From the human T2T-CHM13v2.0 reference genome, Homo sapiens, in assembly GCF_009914755.1 (NCBI RefSeq), contig NC_060941.1: DNA of 64,000 nt, one strand, 5' to 3'. Within the stretch, counting starts at the first letter, position 1. Each line of letters opens with the position of its first letter. Shown here piece by piece: positions 14,301 through 29,523 of this stretch. Position numbers and translations under genes: made by a program. The notes beneath the pieces were generated by a model. That model was not told the origin of the DNA. It worked only from the letters and a program-made list of their open reading frames with translations, and ran no database searches.

Positions 14301-15236
14301 CTCTTTGTCTTGCTCTGGGAGTTAGAAGTGGCCACTGAAGGTCAGGGTGGCCATTTGCATGGGCTTCCTCGGGGGCAGTGAAGACACTCCCAAGAGCCTG
14401 GAGGGGAGATTTGTCCTGCCCTGACCCCTTTGTAAGGCCAGAGGGAAAAGGAGAGGAGGGAAGGAGTGAAGGGCTGGGTGAGGCTGCCGCTGCGTCTTCC
14501 CACCAGGAGGCTGTAGCTGCCTGACCGGGGTTGGGTGTGGGGCTGTTCCCATCCAGGACTGGGTGGCCTTGAACCCCAGAAAAGGGGGGTGCCTCACTAT
14601 AGTGAGCAGGACTCAGAAGAGGATGGTGCTCAGAGAGTGCGCTGCCCTGGAGGCAGGAGCCTGGGGCCTAAGCCGCTGGTAAAAATGACCATTAACCAAA
14701 AACATTTCGTTTGGCATCTGCTGAGATATGACTTTGCCAGAGGCTGGGACTGCAGTGACGGCTGGAAAGCAGTCTCTGCCCTCTGGGAGCTTGACGCACT
14801 TGGAATCAGCTAAGCACATACCTTGTGTATTTAACCTCTAGATTTCAATATACCTATCTGTAAAATGGAAAAATAGTACCTCATCTATTAGAGCAGCTGG
14901 TTTCTACCAAAGCGCTTTCTAGCTCTAAAGTGGGATTTTATGAAGAGGGAAAAAAGGGACAACCTATACCTATAGTAGAGATGAGGGGAGGGCAGGGTGA
15001 GGAACATCCACACTGAAAGCCCAGAGTCTCAAGTCCTGGCTTGCCTGACTACCAGCTGATGCTCCACCATGGCTATCACCCCAGTGCCTTCCCATGGCCC
15101 CAGTGCTCCAGAAATGATGGAGTTCAGGAAATGCAGAGTGGTGGACCCTAGCCTCTTCAGACAGGATGGGTCTGGATCACAACCTCACGGAGGAGCCGCA
15201 TTTCTGCTGTCCATGGTGCCACACTGTTGACAAGGC

Positions 15237-15901
<665 letters not shown>

Positions 15902-17149
15902 AAAAAGTGTTCTTAAAAAAAAAAAAAAAAAAGCAACAAACTTCAATGGCCCTCTTGGCCACACTTAATAAATGCAAAATATGGTAATTGTGCCCAGGGT
16001 AAGTTCTCTTGCCCTTGAGTGGTACAGAGTCAGACTTGGAGGGAGGAGGAGGAGCCCTCTGTGGCCCTCACCTGTTGTCACTGCCAACCTCTGTCCCATG
16101 GCTTGTCTCCACTCCCCCCTTTAGCCCATCCACTGGGGAAAGCAAAAAGGGAAGACTAACCCCAGAGCATCATTTTCCTGGAGCTGGAGCCTCCTATAGG
16201 TGATACCCCAGCTCACCAGAGGGCTAGGCTCAGGTCACCTCTCCATGGTACACTGGAAAATATCTGGAGTGGGAGTTGGGGACGTGAGGTTCCGATCCTG
16301 TCTGTGCGGAAGCCAGCTGTGTGACCTTGGGCTCAGAGGTACTGACCTCTGAACTCAGCCTTCTCATCGGTAAAGTGAGGCTGTTAATACCTCCTTCATG
16401 GAGTTATTAAAAGAATTAAATGGGAAAATGTTTGTGAAGGAACTACATAGTGCAAATTGCAAGACAAATCTTAATTATTATTATTATCTGTTGTTCTAAG
16501 TGAGAGAATGAAGAACATCACACCCCTTATCCAAAGGCCTGGAAAACCCACAGCCCCTCCCCTGCAACCCCCCAGCCTCAATCCATCTCCTGTTCCCAGC
16601 CGACCAGCCCCCTCCCCTGCAGCCCCCCAGCGTCATCCCATCTCCTGTTCCCATCAGACCAGCCCCCTCCCCTGCCCTATACTTGTTCCTTGGGCTCTGT
16701 CTCTAAGCGACCCTCCCGCCTTGAAAGTCTCCCTCTCTCACATGTCCATACCCACTTCCTTCAATACCCAGCTCCCAACCCACCTCTTCCAGAAAAATCT
16801 TTCCTCTGACAAAGGGGGTGAGCTCAAAGCCAGATCACCTCTTTCCCCAACTGAATTACCTATTGTGACCTCCACAACCCCATGCCAAACTAAGCACACT
16901 GCCAGGCAGATCTAGGTGAATAGTAACAATGACAATGACGATCATTCATAATATTGAATAATAAAAATAGCAAACATTTGAAGCATTTACTATGTGCTAG
17001 GCACTGCGCTAAGCACTTTACGTATTTTAATTCCTCTATCAAATGCCGGTTGGCCACATGGGATTAAACACCTGCCTCTGCCTCCAAACCCCAGCACAAG
17101 CATCACCTCCTTGGTAGAGTCTTCCCCATTGGTCTCAGGCAGAATTAAT

Positions 17150-17360
17150 ATTCCTGCCTCCACACCCGCAGTGCCTGGTCTATTGTTGACCTAATTTCAC
17201 TAGCTCTTAATTATTTATCAAAGTGGCTGCTTCCCATTCCAGCCTGTGAACATCTTGAGGGCCAGGACCCTGTTATATTTATCTTTATTAGCCTCAGTGT
17301 CCAACAGTGACTGGTACCTAGTTGCTCCTCATTAAATGTTTGTTGAATGAATGCACAGAT
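17150..17360 (+). mobile_element. L2 3' end
   Basis: cttgagggccagga...aaatgtttgttgaatgaatg tail. Confidence 0.7.
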
Positions 17361-17542
17361 GAATGGAGTAATTAATACAATATCCCCCAATGTTCATGGG
17401 ATTTTAAAGAGGCCACTTTCCTAGCCTCATGCTTCACAAACATTCCAGACCAGTGCTACTCCAAGCATGATCTACAGACCGGCACCTGTCTGCAAACTGT
17501 GTTGCCAGTTTATGACCTGGTAAGTGCAGAAATTGAGCATAA

Positions 17543-17874
<332 letters not shown>

Positions 17875-18200
17875 TAATCTCCACAACTATTGCTATCATC
17901 CTATTTTTCAGGGGGAACTGAGGCTTATTGAAGTTAAGCAACTCCCCAAGGTCCTAGAGAGCAGTGGTAGGGCAGAGGTGGTGACCCAAGCACTTTGATC
18001 CACAGCTCACGCCTCAGCCACATCACTGGCAGAGAGTCAAGGGACTCAACAGAAACATTCATGCTAACTTCTCGGGTTCTGGAAAGCTCTATGCAGGAGG
18101 TGATGTTTGTTCTGAGCCTTGAAGAAGGCATAATGGGGAGGGGCATTCCAAGGCAGAGGCACACAAGAGGCAACCGCGTGAGGGGAGTCTGGTGAGGTTG

Positions 18201-18779
<579 letters not shown>

Positions 18780-19964
18780 TAGAAATTTTAAAATACAGAA
18801 CCAGTTCTTTGCCACAGTTGTCTGAGAAGTATGGTTCCAGACCAGCAACCTCCCGGGGATGGTTAAGCCAGTGGAACCCCACAGGTAGGAAGTGCCTATT
18901 CAGCCCTGCCTCCCTGGGTCTCACCCATCATTACATCAAATCTGTCTCTCCTACTGTTGGGAAGGACATGTGATTGTCTTTTATTCCTGTTTGGAATCCT
19001 CACATTTCTCCTGTCTTCCAAATCTGGCAGATTAAATGAATGAAAGCTGATTCTGCTGCTGGCTGGACAGGAAGGGGTGAGAAGGCAAGGGAGGGATGGG
19101 ATGAGAAGAGAGTTTGGAAAAGGCCATCCTGGGAAAAGAATGCTGGAATGGAGTAGGAGCCTATCCTGAGGAGGGTGTGCAGAGGCTGCTCTGGCTGGGG
19201 CTGAGGGAAGGAAGGGTGTAGGAGGGAGGGACAGGGCAGACACTAGCACCTTCACCAAGCCCAGCAGATGAGAGCCAGGCCCTTGAAGGTGAAAGGAAGT
19301 AGTTTCAGGACAAATGAAAGGGGATATTGAACCTTTTTACAGAAGGAATGTTAAACGCCAAACTTTCATAACCCCCCTGAGGCTGCCAAGGCCAAAACTA
19401 TAAATAAGTAGGTCGAGGAATTAGGCAGAAGCCTCCTCCCCTGACCTGTCCGTCAGCGGGATGTGGTGGGGTGGAGGTTAAGTCAGTGAAATCAACACAG
19501 ACAGGATGAAATGAGCTATCTGTAGACGCCACTTCAGAAAGCGAGAAGGTCTGACTCCTGGGCAAAAAAGTCAGGAAGAGCAAGACTTGATTGCAGTCCA
19601 ATCAATGGCATTAGCATATTTAAAGATCATGTCAAGGGGAGGATAATGGGGCTCAGAGAGGCAAAAATTGATGGTGTTTATTAAGCAGAGAGAAACACAG
19701 AAGCTGGAGCCGTCTAGTCCTTAGAGAGTGTGCTCCAAGGTGGGACCAGGGAGGGAGCAAGGCCTTGGCTGGGCCTGGGCAAAGCTACCAGAGGACCAAC
19801 CGGCTTCCTCTCCTCTGATTCCACAGCCTACTGCTGCTGGTGAATTTCTGATCAAGAATTCTGCTCCCCACAAAGAACTGCCTAGAGGGTGGGACCAAGC
19901 CACCCCTCACACTTGAGCATCCAGTCCACTCCATCGTGATGATGATGATGATCATAGTATTGGT

Positions 19965-20200
19965 GACTACAGCTAACCCTCATTAAGCTCTCACTATGTG
20001 CCAGGCTCCGTTCCAAGCTCTTTACAAATACCAACTCCTTCAAACTCCCCAACCACCCTCAGAAGTAGCGTTTCTACCCCGATTTTATAGATGAGAAAAT
20101 TGAGGCATTGTTAAATAACTCTCCAAGTTTATACAGCTTGTAAGTGGAAAAGCCAAGATTCAAACTCAGGCCATCTGACTCCAGAACCTGCACATCAGAC
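19965..20200 (-). mobile_element. MIR
   Basis: cactatgtgccagg...ttttatagatgagaaaattgaggca...attcaaactcagg. Confidence 0.75.
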
Positions 20201-21990
20201 TGCCCCGCACTTAACTGTTGTTGGTAACAGTTAGTTGTCCATCTGCTTAGCATGTCCATCCCTTCTGGGGTTGGCTGGGGCAAGTCAGGGCCCAACTCGG
20301 CACAGCCAGCTCCGGAGCACTAACCTAATGGGGGTTTTGCAAGACTCGGGACTGTGTGCTTCACCTGGAAAGTGCCAGGTGTGTGGATAAGCCATGTGAG
20401 CAGCTGGCTTCCTGGGCAATGCCCCTCCCCACTTCAGTGTCCCAGGCCCCTTTAGGGCCCAGCCCTCCAGGCACTGTGAGCTGGGAATGAGGTGAAGGAG
20501 GACTAGGCTTACCCTCTGTGTGCCTCCATTTTCTCACCAGTAAACTGTGTGTGTTGGATCTTACGATCTTCTAAAATAACTCCAGCTCCAAATGAAGGCC
20601 AGTGGACCCATGAACACGCTGGCTCTTGCCCAGTGTGCTGAGAAGAGGGCAGGAGGGAGGAGTAGGGTGGGCACGGCAGGGCACAGGGTGCAGGGCAGGT
20701 GGGTTCAGTTTGATTTCAAAGCCGACTGCCCGCCGCCCCAGGTGCTCTGGTGTACCCAATAGGGGCTGCATTGGCCAGGCGGCCTAGGCTCTGCGGGTGG
20801 AGTGAAGATTTCTCTACCTCCCAGTTTCTCCCTTTTCAGCTCTGGTAGGAGAGAGGAAGAGTGAAGAGGAAGTCAAAAGTTCTGTTCATCTGGAAGGGCT
20901 GGGAGTTGCTTCCTGGGATGGGGAGCTCCGAAGCCAATTCAGAAGACGGCCCCGGGGTCTGGCGGGGAGGCCCACCGCTGCCCAGAGGGCTCGGCCGGCC
21001 GGGAGGGGGCGCTGTGTCCTCCCCACGCCCTGCCCGCGGGCTCCTAGCAGCGTTCGCCGCGCTGCAACGCAATGCGCGCCCGGCTTTCCCCTGGGCAGCG
21101 TTCAGTGCCCGCTTGTCCTGCAGGGCACCGCCGTCTCCCTTTCATCCTGGGGCTCCCAGGTCCAAAGGGTTCCCAGATCCAGCCTCTTGCCTGAACCAAA
21201 GTGGCCAGGCACTCAGTTTGTAAGATGAACAAATGAAGGAAAGAAGGAACGAATGAATAAGGGCTCATCTTGCAGAGCGTTCGCGTCTCAGCGCGCACCA
21301 GGCACATCAGTGCCAAAGGTGCTGGGGGTCGGGCCCAGCGCCCGGCGCGGCTGGAATGGGGGCGGCGAGGAGCTCCTCCTAGCCAGCCGCAGGGCGGGAA
21401 CTGCCCAAACGCAGGTCGCAGCCTCACTGGGTTCCGCGGCGGCTCCGCTCAGTAGGGACCGCCCTGTTCCCTAGCCCCCAATAGCCTCGCCCTCATAAAT
21501 TCACCTGAGCACCCTGGCCCAAGTCACCCCAGATCCCTGGGACTTCCCAGGCCCCGACCTCGGCCGGGCGGGAGGCTGATCCTTTACCGCGGCCCCCTTC
21601 CCCCATTCCCGGCTTCTCCCCGGGCTGCGGCGGCCGCCACTGCTGCCAGCGCGCCCCGAGGACTGCCGCAAACCCCGGGCGCAGGGAAAGGGGATCCTGG
21701 CGGCGGGACACAGAGAGCGGGCCGGGGGAAGGGGAGGGAACGGAGGAGGCGAGGAGGAGCTGGGAGGGAGCCGAGGGGCGAGGCGCGGAGGAGGGACCGA
21801 AGGGGAGCGGAGGGGAGAGGGAGGGGGAGGAAGGGGAGGGGACGAGCTGGGCGAGGGGGCGGGGAGCCGAGGCGAGGAGCGGCGCGGACCGTGGGGGAGG
21901 TGGCGGGGGCGAGGCCGGCAAGAGGCGGCCGCGGGCCGGGCTGCGTCGGGAAACGGCGGCCAGACTTCCCCGGGAAGGGGCGAGCGAGAG

Positions 21991-22010
21991 CCGGGCCGGG
22001 CCGGGCCGGG
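21991..22010 (+). repeat. (CCGGG)4 repeat in the 5'UTR/promoter
   Basis: Read directly. Confidence 0.9.
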
Positions 22011-22123
22011 CCGCGGGGCCGGGAAGCGCCGAGCCGGGCATCTCCTCACCAGGCAGCGACCGAGGAGCCCGGCCGCCCACCCCGTGCCGCCCGAGCCCGC
22101 AGCCGCCCGCCGGTCCCTCTGGG

Positions 22124-22156
22124 ATGTCCGTAGGACCCGGGCATTCAGGACGGTAG
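22124..22156 (+). promoter_or_regulatory. Upstream ORF in the CRHR1 5'UTR (MSVGPGHSGR-stop)
   Basis: ATG 22124 to TAG 22154-22156, ending 16 nt before the main ATG. Confidence 0.85.
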
Positions 22157-22172
22157 CCGAGCGAGCCCGAGG

Positions 22173-22205
22173 ATGGGAGGGCACCCGCAGCTCCGTCTCG
22201 TCAAG
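22173..22205 (+). CDS. CRHR1: CRHR1 coding exon 1 (MGGHPQLRLVK), phase 0 end
   Basis: aggATGg strong Kozak context; 33 nt; donor AAG|gtaaca at 22206. Confidence 0.97.
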
Positions 22206-24265
22206 GTAACAGCCCGCCGGCCATCCCTCGAGCGCTGGCGCCCCCGGCCCCTGGCGGACGCGGGACGGGGCTGGGCTGTGGGTGTGATGGGGGCGGGGGC
22301 GCTGGGAGAGCCGTGCTTAGGTCGGGGAAGGCTGGGCTCCGGGGCAGCCTAACTCTCTGGACCTTTGGAGCCAGGGTTGGGTAGGCAGGGGGAGACTCAG
22401 GTGAGAAAAGAAATCGTGGCGAAGCCGCCGGGATGTTGGCGGAGGAGGGGGTCCGCCCACCCGGGTAGCCGGCTCCGCGCCAAGAATCGCTCTAGGCTCT
22501 CGGGCAGACGCCTAGGGGAGGGGAGGTTCCACCTCCCACGCCCTTCCTGCAGACCTCGGCCCCGGGACTGGAGACTCTGAAGCGGGGTTCCCACCTCGCC
22601 CCAGCGCCCCCAAACAGCTCCCCGACTCCGCACGCCCCCGCCCTAGTCTTGGGAGCGCGTCCTGCCCCTTCCCCTCCGCGGCGAGCTGCGAGTCCGGAGA
22701 GATGAATGCCGCCCGCGCCTGCGAGCCCTTGATCAATATCGCAGTCTCGGGGGAGGAGACGGTGCCTCTGGCGGCAGTTCCTGTTCCCCGACCGCGGCTG
22801 GGAGCGCGACGCTCGTTCTCCGAGCCTGGGCACCCGCGATCCCCGCGCTGCGCGGCCGACCCTGCGACGCGGATCGGGCGCTGGAGTTTAGGAAAGTAGC
22901 CAGACCGCACGTCCAGCGTCTGCCCGCTGAAGTTCGTGGGCGGTGGGGGCGGCCCGCGGGTTGTGTGAGCCAGGGAAGGGCCGGGAGGCCGGCAGTCCGG
23001 CCCGCCGCTCGTGTCAGGCGTCACTTGCAGCCCCAAGCGCTTTCCAGAGCGTTTTGGTTTTGCAGGGTATAGGCGCGCCCGCTGCAGCCGGCCGGAGAGG
23101 CGGGTGGGCCTCTGCGCTGCTGCCGGGACACCCCGCTTCGCGCCAGTCTGGGCATCGCCTCACCCGGGGCTCGGGACTCCGCAGGGTCCGCTCCAGCCAC
23201 AAACATAGACACCAGCTTGACCCGGCTCAGGGCATTCAGAGCGATTACATTCAAGAGACTTCGGTGGATTTGGGGGAGGGGTGCGGATTGGCGGAATTTC
23301 ATTTTTCCATCAGTTATTAAACCAACTGTACGTATACCGGCTTACCAAGTGGTTTGAGTTAAACCACCAAGATTTTTAAATGCAGCAGCTGCTGCTTCCT
23401 TAGTTGAGACGTTACAAGTTACTGAGATTTTTCTCTAATCCTGCCCCTCCCCAAATATTTATAAATTGATTCTTAAAATGATCAAGGGTTGGTCTTACTG
23501 AACCCACATCCCCTCCCCCATCCGTTACCTGAGGGCTAGGGATGAACTCAGATTATTTTCTGGGCGTTCGAGGAGACAGACAGGTGAGGAAGGTAGAAGA
23601 AAAACATCCAGAGAGGTCGAGTAGTTGGCACTGAATGGGAATAGTTTCCAAAAGGCTCGCGTGTACCGAAGCCTGGTCTAAATGCACAAACCAGTTAGAC
23701 CAAATTCAGTCTTTTAAATGGATTCAAAGAACTGAACTGCGGGTGTTTTCTTTTCTTTTTTTTTTTTTTCAGGTTTACGCGGAAATAGATCAATGTTCTT
23801 TTTCTGGCCTTTCATAGAATTGTGTGCAAATCTCTGTTTAGAATGATCATGTTTTCCTTAAAAAAGTCTTTTTATTTCCTTTGTTCCTACTAGATGGTGG
23901 GGTGTTTGCCCTTTATGCCTGGCCTAATAAACTCAGTAGGCATTCAATAAATTCCAGATGAATGTGGGGCAGTGAGTGAATGGCCAGCGAATGCTGGTTT
24001 CAAACGTTGGTTACAATTAAATAGTTGCTTTTCTTCTTTTATTTATGTAGCATGTACAATTCACTGGGCATTATTCTACCTGCTTTGCAAATATTAAGTC
24101 ATTTAGTCCTCCTAACAGCCCTAGGAAGTAGGAATTATTCCTGAGACACAGAGAGGCTAAGTAACTGGTTCAAGGTCACACAGCCAGTGAGTAGTGAAGT
24201 CAGAATTCAAACCCAGACACTCTGATAAAAGGCTTTGTTTTGTTTGCTTTTACCAGAAAATATCC

Positions 24266-24569
24266 TTTTTTTTTTTTTTTTTTTTCAAGACAGGGTCCCA
24301 CTCTGTCGCCCAGGTTGGAGTGTAATGGTGTGATCATGGCTCACTGAAGCCTCAACCTCCCTAGGCTCTGGTGATCCTCCCACCCCAGCCTCCAGAATAG
24401 CTGGGACCACAGGCATGCACCACCACACCCAGCTAATCTTTGTATTTTTTGTAGAGATGGGGTTTCCCCATATTGCCCTGGCTGGTCTCGAACTCCTGGG
24501 CTCAAGCGATCAGCCAGCCTCGGCCTCCCAAAGTGCTAGGATTACAGGCATGAGCCACCATGCCCGGCC
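24266..24569 (-). mobile_element. AluJ-like, intron 1
   Basis: Full dimer; TSD ttaccagaaaatat. Confidence 0.93.
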
Positions 24570-26998
24570 ATTACCAGAAAATATTCGAAGCCACCTAAAT
24601 CTCACTCTAGAGCTCAGCCAGATGAGAGCTCAGGTAGTTTTGTCAGCATGAGAGTACAAATCTAGGGGATTTAGGGTTAATCCCAAATCCAGCTCCATCC
24701 CCAACAAGTCAGCCAGTGTTGGGAAAGGGTCCACTCTGGGGCCTATATTGTGGGCCTCACACTATAACAGTTACAGAGTCCTGGGGGAAAATGTGTGTGA
24801 ATGGGGAGAGACAGGGTGTGTGAAAGTGTGTGTGTGAGTGGGGAGAGACGATGTGTGTACAAGTGGCCATGAGTCAGGAGAAGACAGACAAGACATTGTC
24901 TCTATCCCCAGGGAGGGGCAGGGGCCTGAGCACCTCGGAGTCAGCCACACACCCACTGCATCTCCTCGTAGGGAGATGGAGTGTGGCTGTAAACATGGGT
25001 CCCAGTGTCTGTGAGGGGTGCAGAAGGCAAGGCCTCTGGATGGATTCTAACAGGAGAGTGAGCTCCCAGGAGGGAGCTGGCTATTGTTATTCTTATATAA
25101 GCCAATTTAGCAGCAATAGGCAAAGTTTGAAAACCAGAATGGAAAATGATTGCAACCTCACTCTTTTAATCTGGCTACTGTATAATTCATTTAAAAAATA
25201 ACCCCCACAGGTCCCCTTCTCAAGCACCTGTCTGGGCACAGCTGTGGCCATTGGGCAGCCCTCTCCTCAGTGTCACAGCCCAAGTCTGTTTCACGTTACT
25301 CCCGAGGCTCTGCAGGAGACTGTCAATGTCTGCATGTTGCCTGTGAGTGAATGGACTTTGCCATCCCTATATCGGTGCATATCTGGGCCATTTCCAAGTT
25401 GTTTCTTTGATTAAACGATATAGAGCCAGGTTTTCGAGGGGAGCGTTGGCAAGAGGCATGAGGAACGCGAAACAGTGAGCCCAGGGTGGGCCAGTGGGCT
25501 GCTGTGGCGTGCGGGACTGCTGGCCTGGCCACAGACTGGGGGCAAAGACAGGGAGGGGCCAAAAGCCAGGCCAAGCCCCTTGGATTTGAAATGACCAGCC
25601 ATAGAGAGGAGTGTGTAGATTATGGAAAAGTTGAACACTCACCCAGAGCCAGTGAGGACGAGCTCAAGTGGAAAATCCATTTCTCACCCTCTCTAACATT
25701 TGGCTCCTCAAAAGCATCAACCTCCAGGTTCAGCCACACATAAGGAGTTTGGGGGTCAAGGTGCCACCACCCCAAGTGCCCGTGTGGCCTAGAAGGAAGC
25801 AGTTAGGTGCCGGGCTGATAATTTCAGCAGCTATTGAAGGGGAAAGACCATCAGCCTGGGAGTCAGTGAACCTGACTCTGATCCCAGCTCTGCCTCCAAT
25901 CAGCTGTGTGATGACAGGTAGGTCACCTTCCCTCTCTGAGCCACAGTTTATCTGTCTGTAAACAGGGGTATTGGACTGGATTCTCTGTTATCTCTCATGT
26001 CTCTGTGAAAGGTCTGTGTTTTCAAATACTCCTTAGGGACATGACCTCACATAGAAAGAGGGGGGTGCCACGAACTGGATTCCCAGCACTCCCCCTTCCC
26101 AGCTCTGCTCAAGCTGAGGGACCTTGGAACATGGTACTTGGACCTAAGTACTCTCTCTGGGCTTCAGTGTCCCCAGCTATAAAATGGGGGAAATGCCTAA
26201 CTCAGGAGGTTGAGGTAAGGACAAAAGGAATTAATACATGGAAAGTGCCTGGAACAGTGCCTGGCACAGTCTGCTTTCAGAAAAAGCTGCAAGGTGGCTA
26301 CTCTCAGCAGATATAAGTTAATGCAGGAACAGCAACTAGCAGCTCTTGGACATGCAATATATTATATATTTTTTGCATCTTTTACCCTTCACGGCACTGA
26401 GCCTCACAATCCGTTGCACAGAGTAGGTGTTTAACAAATGTTTGTCGACTTCATGGATGAGTTTATTGTTGCTTCTTCCATTTGGTATTGTACAATTGGA
26501 AAGAACCCGTTTCTGTTCCCACCAGATGCAGATGTCAGGTCGAAACAGAAGGCTGAGAGATGCTTAAACCACCCTAGCAGAAAAGCCATCTCTGATGCAG
26601 AAAGGACTAGAACTCCCCCTTAAGCCCACTGTGGTTATTAAAAAAGAGAAAACAACACACAACCAGTGCAGCACCCCAGTGATCTGGAGAATCCCTTGAG
26701 GGTAGAGCCTCAGCCAGTGAAACTCCAGCGCTTTTGCCGTGTCTGGAGGAGGGCAGGTCACTAACAGTGATCTGGGCCGTTTCTTCCTCAGTGAAAAGAG
26801 GGAGTAGGGTGATCTCTCCCAGCTCTGATTCTACCCTAACTGCTCACGGTATCAACCAAAGAAGGGTGAGCCCATTTTGAACGTAAGGCCAGGTCGAGAT
26901 TTCAGCTGCAGTTTTAATAGTCAAACAATGAATTTGTTAACTACAAATCATTCTTGTCTACCTAAATTCAGGGAGGTCCCTGTCAGCAGAGTCCCTAG

Positions 26999-27305
<307 letters not shown>

Positions 27306-29448
27306 TTCATCCTTTTAAAATGCTTGTCTTTGGACTTGTTGCTCTAGGCCAGCCATCCCTTACCCCACCCAGTGTGGCAGTCAACATCTTCTTGTATGGG
27401 TGGGAACAGCAGATGAAGCAAATGTGGGCTTGAATCCTTACTCTGCCCTGAAGCTGTGGGCAAGTCACCTCTTCATCTGTCTAAAGCGGGGGAAATAATA
27501 CCTGCTTTATGGCATAATCATAATGACCATGAGATGCCAGGTGTGAAATTATGCACAGTTGCACAGTGTCTGGCACACAGTAAGTGCATAATAAATATTA
27601 GCTATAGTAGTCACTTAATAAATCTTACCAACTTCCTCAGTCTAAGAAAGGCCATCAAAAGGAGAAGTGGTGAGGGGATGGGGGTAGAGGAAGGGTATTT
27701 GGCGTATAGAATCTCTTCCTGCGTCAGAGCACTTTTCACAGTCCCTGGGGAAAAGGGATCAGCTACCAGCCATCAGCTGAGCTTGAAGGTCATAGACAGA
27801 CCTGAACATCTGGGATATGGAAAAACCTGACAGTAAAAGTAGATATGTAGGGAGGATAATACGAAATGATTCACTCACTGATGCAAACAATCATTTTGAA
27901 AATAACTAGCTGGATTCTATTAGACAACAGATTCTTAATCACTTGTTTTCTGAGTATGTGGTATCCGCTTCCACAAAATTGAATGGATGGCAGGAAGGGA
28001 GGGAGGCAGACTTCATGAAACAGGCATGTCAGAATCTGGCTTTGGAAGACGGGTTCCCCTTCACGTAGAACTGCGGATTCAAATGCTTTAGCCAAACATG
28101 TTCTTTGGCAACTGTCCACCCAGCAGCCATAAAACTGTTTCTGGGACAAATGAAGATGTTTGCGGCTGTTCTTTCTGCCCTATAAGCACAGGCAATTTGT
28201 CCATCTCACCCGCCTGGCACTGTTGGGCCCAGAGAGAAGCCTCAGCGAGGTGCTTTGAGATGGGATTTGTGGGGTGTGCATCTGCCCCCCTCCGCATGTC
28301 AGCTGGTTTCCAAGCCCCAGCCAGTCTGGTTGGGAGCCAGTGCGCCTAGGTCAGAGCCCAGAAAAACTGGCTAGACTGGTCCAGTCACTTCGTGGCTGCA
28401 GAACCAGGGAGGCAGGGCTTGTTCTAGACTGACCGCTATACTTTAGAGTCTACCCACTGGAGTTTTAAGAGGTAGTGGGGGCTATCAGGAAGCACAGTGA
28501 GAATCTTAGTTGAACCTTTGAGTGCTGGGATGTCAGGGGCTTTAGGAGAATTGGGACAATATATTGGTCATCATCCCTGGTCAGTACCAAAGCCCACAGA
28601 GCTGAAAGGCACCTGCCCAGGGTGAAAGGCTGGGACAAGTGATGGCCGCAGCATTGCCATTTCCAGTGGGGAGTGCCCTCCCTCTGTGATCCATCCACCT
28701 CTCCCTCCCTGTTTTCCCAGCCTCTTTGGCAAGGTGTGTGAAGGGCTCATTTCTAGAAAGCCCTTCCTAGCTCAGCAGAGGCCAGAGGTACCAGGCTGGG
28801 TGGGGAGCCTGTGCACAGAGACAGGGAAAAGGAGTGTGGCTGGGGGACAAGGGGCTGGGCTGGGTGGGCTGGAAAAGCAAACCGGGTCCAGGCGGGGTTT
28901 TACCCTGGGGAAAGGGCTTTAGGAGAGTCCAGGGCCATCTGAGGCACAGTCCTTACAGGTCCAGGCCCCCTGCACTGGGGACCCAACTGCACTCAGAGCA
29001 CGGGCCTGGCAGGGTGCCCAAGGGCTCGCTCAGGGTGGATGATTTCACTCTTACGGAAGATGCGGAGACAGACAGACAGTGAGAGAAGCAAAAGGGGAGG
29101 GAGAAGAAAAAGACCTGCCTGCCTGCCTTGGTCATTCTTGCTTTTAACTTTCTCCCTAGCATCCAAGAGAGCCTATGCCCGGGTTCTGAGGCCAGCGGTG
29201 GCATCTCCTGGAAACTTCCTCTCTGTTTCTCACAAGAATTCCTCCACCCATCCCTATCCTGGTGCCTGGGTGCCCGAAGCCGTCCTCAGCTGTTAGGAGA
29301 GCCTTCGGCGCAGAGATGCCCCAGATGAGCTCCCGCCATGATCCCTTCCACCACCCCCAGGGCTGCTCCTCCTCCCCAGAAGCAGGGTGCAGAAGGGACA
29401 GGATCTGTTGCCTCTGTGGGCCTGTGTGTTTCTCAGTGGGCATTTTTT

Positions 29449-29449
<1 letters not shown>

Positions 29450-29518
<69 letters not shown>
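29450..29518 (+). repeat. Compound (CT)n(CA)n microsatellite
   Basis: Read directly. Confidence 0.95.

Positions 29519-29523
<5 letters not shown>

Larger units (their letters stand above)
20930..23300. promoter_or_regulatory. CpG island / CRHR1 promoter with GC boxes (e.g. GGGGCGGGG 21856-21864), no obvious TATA box near the presumed TSS
   Basis: Very high GC and CpG density spanning exon 1, contrasting with CpG-depleted flanks; boundaries approximate. Confidence 0.9.

Noticed and set aside
21493-22184. Long - strand ORFs (195 and 227 aa) over the promoter
   Set aside because: Low-complexity Pro/Arg/Ala/Ser translations expected from stop-poor GC-rich CpG island DNA.
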